Assembly (NCBI RefSeq): GCF_006345805.1
Contig: NC_042999.1
Span: 16,182,001 to 16,246,000 of the forward strand
Direction: 5' to 3'
From: Octopus sinensis
Lineage: Eukaryota
DNA: 64,000 nucleotides
A program made the translations under genes and the position numbers. The notes beneath the pieces are model-generated. The model was given only the letters and a program-made list of their open reading frames with translations. It made no database searches and was not told the DNA's origin. Each line of letters begins with the position of its first letter. The stretch's first letter is position 1. Shown here one piece after another: positions 55,955 through 64,000 of the stretch.

Positions 55955-56735
55955 TTTATTCTTTTATTTGTTTCAGTCATTTGACTGTGGCCATGCTGAA
56001 GCACCACCTTTAGTTGAACAAATCGACCCCAGGACTTATTCTTTGGAAGCCTAGTAATCATTTTAGCAGTCTTTTGCTGAACTGCAAAGTTACTGGGACA
56101 TAAACACACCTGCATCGGTTGTCAAGCAATGTTGGGGGACAAACACACAAACACACACACACACACACACATGACGGGATTCTTTCAGTTTCCACCTACC
56201 AAATTCACTCACAAGGCTTTGCTCGGCCCTAGGCAATAGTAGAAGACACTTGCCCAAGGTGCCATGCAGTGGGACTGGACCCAGAACTATGTGGTTGGTA
56301 AGCTTACCACACAGCTGCTCCTGCGCCTATACACACACACACACATATGTATATATGACAGGCATTTTTCAGTTTCCGTCTACCAAATCCACTTAGAAAG
56401 TTTTGGTCAACCCAAGCCTAAAGCAGAAGGTACTTGCCCAAGGTGCCATGTAGTGGGACTGAACCCAATACCATGTGGTTGGTGAGCAAGCTACTTACTG
56501 CACAGCCACTCCTGCACCTATACACACACACATATACACACACACACACACACATATATATATGTATATACGACAGGCTTCTTTCAGTTTCTGTCTACCA
56601 AATCTACTTAGAAAGCTTTGGTCAGCCCAAGGCAAAAGCAGAAGGTACTTGCCCAAGGTGCCCAGCAGTGGGACTTAATCTGGAACCATGTGGTCAGGAA
56701 ACAACCTTCTTCCTTCACATCTCCACCTGCACCTA
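55955..56735 (-). mobile_element. SINE family A plus two tandem repeats of its 5' half
   Basis: tttcagttt..ctaccaaat.cact...ttgcccaaggtgcc recurs at ~56180, 56365, 56580; the last two share the variant cttagaaag..agcagaaggtact. Confidence 0.78.
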
Positions 56736-57300
56736 CGTCTATCTATGTCTGCACGTATGTCTATCTATAATAGACAGAATATTTATTATCAACAGAATTG
56801 TCTATAGTAATTAAAGAATCAATTAATGAATCAATTTGAGCATAAGAACCATTTAGTTAATGAGACTTCATTCATTTTAGCATATCCATTGAATTTTCTA
56901 TATAAAGAATGATGCAATTTGCAGGTGTGAAGTATAAAATTTTGAACATAAGATATATTTTGTTTCATGACAAAAATGTATTGACTAATAAAATTGTGTT
57001 GTTTCCCAGGAGGTTGTGTCTGTATATGCTGATAGGAAAAATAAGCAGGAAAAGAAAAATATATTCAAACAGCATACAATTACTCTTATACAAGTAACAT
57101 GTACATGCACATTAATGATTCCACCATGAATTTTTAACTAATATCTACCTCATACAGTGTCTGATAACTGTTGCCCTCAAAACTTCTGGCAGAATCAGTC
57201 ATTAAACCGATATTGTTTATTGTATCTCTGCATTTTTATATTTTCATTTCTAGCATTATCAATACTAGGTCTCTAACATTGTGGTACGAAGCTTGCTTAC

Positions 57301-58166
57301 ATAGGAGTAGGAGTGGCTGTGTGGTATGAAGCTTGCTTACTAATCACATGGTTCCAGGTTCAGTCCCACTGTGTGGCACCTTGGGCAAGTGTCTTCCACA
57401 ATAGCCTTGGGCCGACCAAACGCTTGTGAGTGGATTTGGTAGATGGAAACTGAAAGAAACCCGTCACATATATGTATATATATATATATCATCATCATCA
57501 TCATCATCATTTAGCATCCGCTATCCATGATGGCATGGGTTGGACGGTGCAACTGGGGTCTGGGAAGCCAGAAGGCTGCACCAGGCCCAGTCTGATCTGG
57601 CAATGTTTCTACGGCTGGATGCCCTTCCTAACGCTAACCACTCCATGAGTGGGTGCTTTTGACATGCCACCGGCACAGGTGCCAGACGAGGCTGGCAAAC
57701 GGCCACGGTCAGATGGTGCTTTCTACGTGCCACCGGCACGGAGGCCAGGCGAGGCTAGCAAACGGCCATATATATATCATCATCATCATCATCATCATTT
57801 AACGTCCGCTTTCCATGCTAGCATGGGTTGGAAGGTTTTGACTGAGGGCTGGCAACCAGCTGGCTGCACCAGGCTCCAGTCTTGATCTGGCAGAGTTTCT
57901 ACAGCTGGATCTGTATATATATGTATGTATGTGTGTGTGTATATGTTTGTGTGTCTGTGTTCATCCCCCCAACCATCGCTTGACAACCGATGCTGGTGTG
58001 TTTACGTCCACATAACTTAGCAGTTCGGCAAAAGAGACTGATGGAATAAGTACTAGGCTTACAAAGAATAAGTCCTGGGTTCGATTTGCTCGACTAAAGG
58101 CGGTGCTCCAGCATGGCTACAGTCAAATGACTGAAACAAGTAAAAGAGTAAAAGAGTAAAAGAGTA
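57301..58166 (+). mobile_element. SINE family A with two nested family C elements
   Basis: A head 57301-57470, C copies 57488-57770 and 57777-57910, A 3' half 57940-58166. Confidence 0.82.
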
Positions 58167-58194
58167 TATATGTGTCTGACACAAATTTCAAGGT

Positions 58195-58241
58195 CTCTCT
58201 CTTTCTGTTTCTCTCTGTCTCTTTGTCTCTCTCTGTCTGTC

Positions 58242-58285
<44 letters not shown>

Positions 58286-58299
58286 TCTCTCTCTCTTCC

Positions 58300-58340
<41 letters not shown>
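58195..58340. repeat. (CT)n
   Basis: Direct reading. Confidence 0.9.
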
Positions 58341-58364
<24 letters not shown>

Positions 58365-58731
58365 CATCGTGACTAATTAAATCTGTTTCTATTTCTGCTT
58401 GTTAGAAATTTGTGTTTAACATTTGTCGTCGTGTTGTGAGTTGAGACAGACAATTTCTAGGATGGAAAACTTAAGAAGCTTTTACAGAACTTGCATTTTA
58501 CAGAATGATATTATTATTATGTGGTTAATAGCTGGAATATTAAGCTATTCTTACTTGCGATTTAAACTATCGATCAGATATGGAACAGAATGAGATTATT
58601 GATGTTTTATGTGTGTTTCAGACACCAACATAGGAAAATGTGGAACTAAAACAACCATTATTTAGGATATCATTATTCAGTCTGTCTTCATATAAGGATC
58701 TTGCTGAAAAAAATTCTATGCTTTATCGGCA

Positions 58732-58925
58732 TCACCATCATCATCATCATCATCATCCTCACTGTCATTACTGCCATTACCACCACCACCACCACCACCA
58801 CCGCCACTGCCAACGCCACCGCTACCGCCACCGCTACCGCCACCGCTACCGCCACCGCTACCGCCACCGCTACCGCCACTGCTGCCACTGCCGCCGCCGC
58901 CACCACCACCATCATCATAATGACT

Positions 58926-58960
<35 letters not shown>

Positions 58961-58972
58961 TATCATCATCAT
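58732..58972. repeat. (CAT)/(CAC) microsatellite with a (GCCACCGCTACC)n core
   Basis: Direct reading. Confidence 0.85.
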
Positions 58973-59048
58973 AGTCATACCGCTCTCACCCCAACACCTC
59001 TAACCACCAAAGCTTTCCTCACTCTTTCCATCCACACAAACCAAGGTC

Positions 59049-59090
<42 letters not shown>

Positions 59091-59096
59091 TTAATA

Positions 59097-59528
59097 AATC
59101 TACTCCTTCCTTACAATCACAATATAGCAGTGAAAGAATTTGACAAGATCAGTAAATATATAGACATTCTAATAGAAATTGAAAAAATGTGGCATCTTAA
59201 GGCGACTACAGTATCAGTGATTGTAGGATCTCTGGGAATTTTTAGAAAAAGGTACTTGAAAGCTATTTGAAAATAATACCAGGCTTACCATCCCTGCAGG
59301 AAGTGCAAAAACTCGTATTAACTGGAAACGCTCATGTACTGAGAAGAGCATTATCGCTGTCAAAACAACATCCATCCATGAATTTATTTATTTATTAATT
59401 TTTTTAAATACATATTTTACCTGTGAATATGCGTGTGTAATCTGGGAATGCATACAATGAGCTTCTCTGCCCTAGGTGTACAGAAAACACTTGGCAAGAA
59501 ATGGAAGAAAATTTGAAGAAAGAAGGAA

Positions 59529-59530
<2 letters not shown>
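59097..59530 (+). mobile_element. R4/Dong 3'-end fragment (lineage D)
   Basis: aaagaatttgacaagatcagtaaatat...tggcatcttaaggcgactacag, collinear with the 28365 copy; (AAT)n on both sides. Confidence 0.85.
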
Positions 59531-59584
<54 letters not shown>

Positions 59585-59591
59585 TAATAAT

Positions 59592-59998
59592 CACAACTTT
59601 AACCAGTTGAGCATATCCCTTAGTGGCTGATGGTATGTGCATCTCTGATCATGAGCAGAAGTAGTTGGGGAGCATCATAGCCATGTGTTGAGAGGGATTC
59701 TTTGGGGTTTGAATAATTCACCTCTGGAAACATGGGTGGTTCTTTCAACATCCTTAAACAACCCTTATTCAGGGACCTTTTGAGCGGGATGGGCTACTCG
59801 ACCTGAAGAAAATTCTAACTGGGCCCCACCTGCATGGTCATGCGCTGTTTACCTTGATATGAGATCACCATGTCGCGCACATATGGTTGTGATGCATGTG
59901 CCTGGTGTACCCTTATCAGACGGGTAGACATGATGGGTATATTGGGCTTCGTATATTTTACCCCAGTGTCACTTTGATGGCATGAACTGCTCTCTCAC

Positions 59999-59999
<1 letters not shown>
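59592..59999 (+). mobile_element. Unclassified ~400-bp relatively GC-rich insertion inside (AAT)n
   Basis: Complex non-coding sequence sharply bounded by (AAT)n on both sides. Confidence 0.45.
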
Positions 60000-60032
<33 letters not shown>

Positions 60033-60052
60033 TAATAATGATAATGATAATA

Positions 60053-60113
<61 letters not shown>

Positions 60114-60536
60114 TTCTTAAGTAACCAGAAGATGGATTTGGTATTAATCTTTATTTTGTAAAATTGGTCACTTCCACCCATCCTGCTAATGTCCCCTATG
60201 GGTGGGACTCTGTTCAACGTGTTGTGTTGCATCCATTTTGCAGTCTGGGTCTCATTAGGTACATCCATACATACAGTTGTATGTATGGATGTACCTGAGA
60301 TCCTGAGTTTTAGATCCTGAGTTTTGGCTGTCATGTTGTAATATGCCTTTCTAGTATATAACAGATGGGCATATAACAACATGCACATATATATATATGT
60401 ATGTGTATGTGTGTGTGTGAGTGTGCGTGTTTGTGATTCTGCCTGCGTTTGTCCCCCACCACTGCTTGACAACCAGTGTTGGATTAAATACATCCCTGCA
60501 ACTTAGCAGTTTGACAAAAAAGACCAATGGAATAAG

Positions 60537-60946
60537 CAGCGTTACTCATTTTTTGCCAGCTGAGTGGACTGGAGCAATGTGAAATGAAGTGTTTTGCTCA
60601 AGAACACAATGCGTTGCCCGGCCCAGGAATCGAAACCACAATCTTACGATCATGGTGCTGACACCCTAATCACTAAGCTACGCACCTCCACTAAATAAAT
60701 GCTCCCTTTTAAAACCTAGCCAGGCTCATGGACTCGGTTTCCCGGTTTCAATGGCATATGTGTTCCCCAGCTGGACGGGATGCCAGTCCATTGCAGCGTT
60801 ACTCATTTTTGCCAGCTGAGTGGACTGGAGCAACGTGAAATGAAGTGTTTTGCTCAAGAACACAACGCGTTGCTCAGTCCAGGAATCGAAACCATAATCT
60901 TACTATCATGATGCTGACACCCTAACCACTAAGCCACGTGCCGCCA
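60537..60946 (-). mobile_element. tRNA-head SINE, full copy plus partial second copy, inserted into a family A element
   Basis: gcagcgttactcattttt...aaccactaag occurs twice; 12-bp TSD caatggaataag at 60525-60536 and 60947-60958. Confidence 0.75.
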
Positions 60947-61074
60947 CAATGGAATAAGTACTGGTTTAAAAAATAACAACTAGGGTTATTTATTTGATCA
61001 AAGTTCTTCAAGGTGATGCCCCAGCATGACCACAGCTTAATGAATGAGACAAGTAAAAAATAAAAAAATAAAAG

Positions 61075-63112
61075 ATAGGCACAGGAGTGGCTGTGTGGTA
61101 AGTAGCTTGCTAACCAGCCACATGGTTCCGGGTTCAGTCTCACTGCTTGGGCAAGTGTCTTCTGCTATAGCCCCGGGCCGACCAATGCCTTGTGAGTGGA
61201 TTTGGTAGATGGAAACTGAAAGAAGCCTGTCGTATATATGTATATGTATATATATATGTGTGTGTCTGTGTTTGTGTGTCTGTGTTTGTCCCCTAGTATT
61301 GCTTGACAACCGATGCTGGTGTGTTTACTCCCCAGTCACTTAGCGGTTCGGCAAAAGAGACCGATAGAATAAGTACTGGGCTTACAAAGAATAAGTCTCG
61401 GGGTCATTTGCTCGACTAAAAGGCGGTGCTCCAGCATGACCACAGTCAAATGACTGAAACAAGTAAAAGAAAAATAGAAAAAAAAAGCATATCTTTGTCC
61501 AGGAAGGCCAAGCAAAATTTATATTTCTCTTCTCTCTATCTTCTTCTACCAATGCATACAAAATACTCTGACCTTTGTTTTACAGTGCACAGTCGTAGTT
61601 CACTGATACACGGACAGAAGACATGCTGCGTACACCAAGGATTGCTCAAAATATCATTAATGTTTCTATAGAGATTTAGCAATCACCACCAGAACAAATC
61701 AAATAAGCAATTAAGCTTGACATCGTAAAATGGTTTTAAAGTACAATCTACAACGCAAAATGCCTGAAATTGCACAAACATAAATTTGATTTAGCGGGGG
61801 GGGGAGAGAAAAAAAAAACGAAAAAAAAAACCGATATAAACTGTAAAAAAAGAAGAAAGCAATTTAGTAAATTCTTTTGTTATATTAGTGTGTGGTGGAA
61901 TACGAAAGTTAAATCTGTAAACTGGCAAGAGGTTGTTACTGATGTTTGCACTGTGCAGCTAATTGATGCGAATTAACGTGACAGTGTTTCAAACGCATTA
62001 AAAAAAAAAAAAAAAAAATAGGCGCAGGAGTGGCTGTGTGGTAAGTAGCTTGCTAACCAACCACATGGTTGCGGGTTCAGTCCCACTGCGTGGCATCTTG
62101 GGCAAGTGTCTTCTGCTATAGCTCCGGGCCGACCAATGTCTTGTGAGTGGATTTGGTAGACGGAAACTGAAAGAAGCCTGTCGTATATATGTATATATAT
62201 ATATATATATATATGTATATGTATATATATATGTGTGTGTGTGTGTTTGTGTGTCTGTGTTTGTCCCCCTAGCATTGTTTGACAACCGATGCTGGTGTGT
62301 TTACGTCCCCGTCACTTAGCGGTTCGGCAAAAGACCGATAGAATAAGTACTGGGCTTACAAAGAATAAGTCCCGGGGTCAATTTGCTCGACTAAAGGCGG
62401 TGCTCCAGCATGGCCGCAGTCAATGACTGAAACAAGTAAAGAAAAATAGAAAAAAAAAGCATATCTTTGTCCAGGAAGGCCAAGCAAAATTTATATTTCT
62501 CTTCTCTCTCTACTTCTTCTACATGCTACAAATACTCTGACCTTTGTTTTACAGTGCATGTTTCACTGATACACGGACAGAAGACATGCTGCGTACACCA
62601 AGGATTGCTCAAAATATCATTAATGTTTCTATAGAGATTAGCAATCACCACCAGAACAATCAAATAAGCATTAAGCTTGACATCGTAAAATGGTTTTAAA
62701 GTACAATCTACAACGCAAAATGCCTGAAATTGCACAAACAAAATTTGATTTAGCGGGGGGGGGGGGATAAAAAAAAACCGAAAAAAAAAACCGATATAAA
62801 CTGTAAAAAAGAAGAAAGCATTTAGTAAATGTTATATTAGTGTGTGAATACGAAAGTTAATCTGTACTGGCAAGAGGTTGTTACTGATGTTTGCACTGTG
62901 CACTATTGATGCGAATTAACGTGACAGTGTTTCAAACGCATAAGAAAAAAAAAAAATAGGCGCAGAGTGGCTGTGTGGTAAGTAGCTTGCTAACCACCAC
63001 ATGTTGTGGGTTCAGTCCCACTGCGGGCATCTGGGCAAGTGTCTCTGCTATAGCTCCGGGCGACCAATGTCTTGTGAGTGGATTGGTAACGGAAACTGAA
63101 AGAAGCTGTCGA

Positions 63113-63146
<34 letters not shown>

Positions 63147-63380
63147 TATATATATGTGTGTGGTGTGTTGGTGTGTCGTGTTTGTCCCCCTAGCATTGTT
63201 TGACAACCGATGCTGGTGTGTTTACGTCCCCGTCACTTAGCGGTTCGGCAAAAGAGACCGATAGAATAAGTACTGGGCTTACAAAGAATAAGTCCCGGGG
63301 TCGATTTGATCGACTAAAGGCGGTGCTCCAGCATGGCCGCAGTCAAATGACTGAAACAAGTAAAAGAGTAAAAGAGTAAA
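61075..63380 (+). repeat. ~940-bp tandem duplication (SINE A plus unique flank), about 2.4 units
   Basis: Units start at 61075, 62018 and 62956; unique segment gcatatctttgtccagg...caaacgcat is repeated. Confidence 0.9.
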
Positions 63381-63797
63381 TAAAATAAATGCCATATCTA
63401 AAATATAATTCTCTCTGTCACATATCAAAGATGTATGAGATTCATGCTATATTTAATGGCAGGATGCAATATTGATAAAATTTTCGGTACCTTGCATCCA
63501 TTTTAAATGTTCCTTATAATATGCTATAGTATGATAAATGTGAAATGAAAAACACAGAGAGAGAGAGAGAGAGAATTTCCACAAATATAACACAAATATA
63601 ATTAAGTTATTCTAAAGTTATATTAAATTTCCTACGACTGGCAGAGCATCTGATTCTACTGGAATGTTAAAATAAATTGAAAGATATCCCATGTTCAGAA
63701 GCTGGAATATCAGCTTTGTCTTTACGTGGTTCCATTGTTTGTTGTTCAATTAGGGTATGGAACAACTGTTCATATTTACGTCTGTTATACCAGAGAT

Positions 63798-63863
63798 ATC
63801 ATCATCATCATCATCATCATCATCGTCATCATCATCATCACCATCATTGTCATCATCATCATC

Positions 63864-63911
<48 letters not shown>

Positions 63912-63929
63912 GTCATCATCATCATCATT

Positions 63930-63967
<38 letters not shown>

Positions 63968-64000
63968 TGTCATCATCATTGTCATCATCATCACATCATC
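63798..64000. repeat. (ATC)n
   Basis: Direct reading. Confidence 0.9.

Noticed and set aside
58640-59143. His/Arg-rich ORF (HRYRHRYR)
   Set aside because: Translation of compound microsatellites running into a Dong fragment; no evidence of an exon

Overview
This 64-kb window is AT-rich, repeat-saturated eukaryotic DNA. From recalled SINE families and microsatellite load it looks like octopus (coleoid cephalopod) intergenic or intronic sequence; no search was run. I recognise no host gene exon, and most listed ORFs are translations of microsatellites or SINEs. Real coding remnants are: (i) a 2-kb, 5'-truncated but nearly intact R4/Dong-clade non-LTR retrotransposon (RT, CCHC, restriction-like endonuclease) plus eight shorter 3'-end copies from about five lineages, all in or next to (TAA)n arrays with the same polarity; (ii) a Tx1/L1-like 3' end inside a (TATC)n array; (iii) RTE-clade 3' ends; (iv) two mariner remnants. 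Non-coding elements include about four SINE-like families (often nested or concatemeric), Tc1-type and TTAA/piggyBac-type MITEs, a Helentron/HINE-like element, and Penelope-like terminal fragments with minimal type I hammerhead motifs. The most notable signals are partitioning of microsatellite types among retroelement classes, a hammerhead core variant (CUGU-N-GA) in two copies, a 72-bp hairpin whose seven transitions are all G-U compatible, and a perfect 123-bp palindrome. Coordinates were read by eye and may be off by a few bases.
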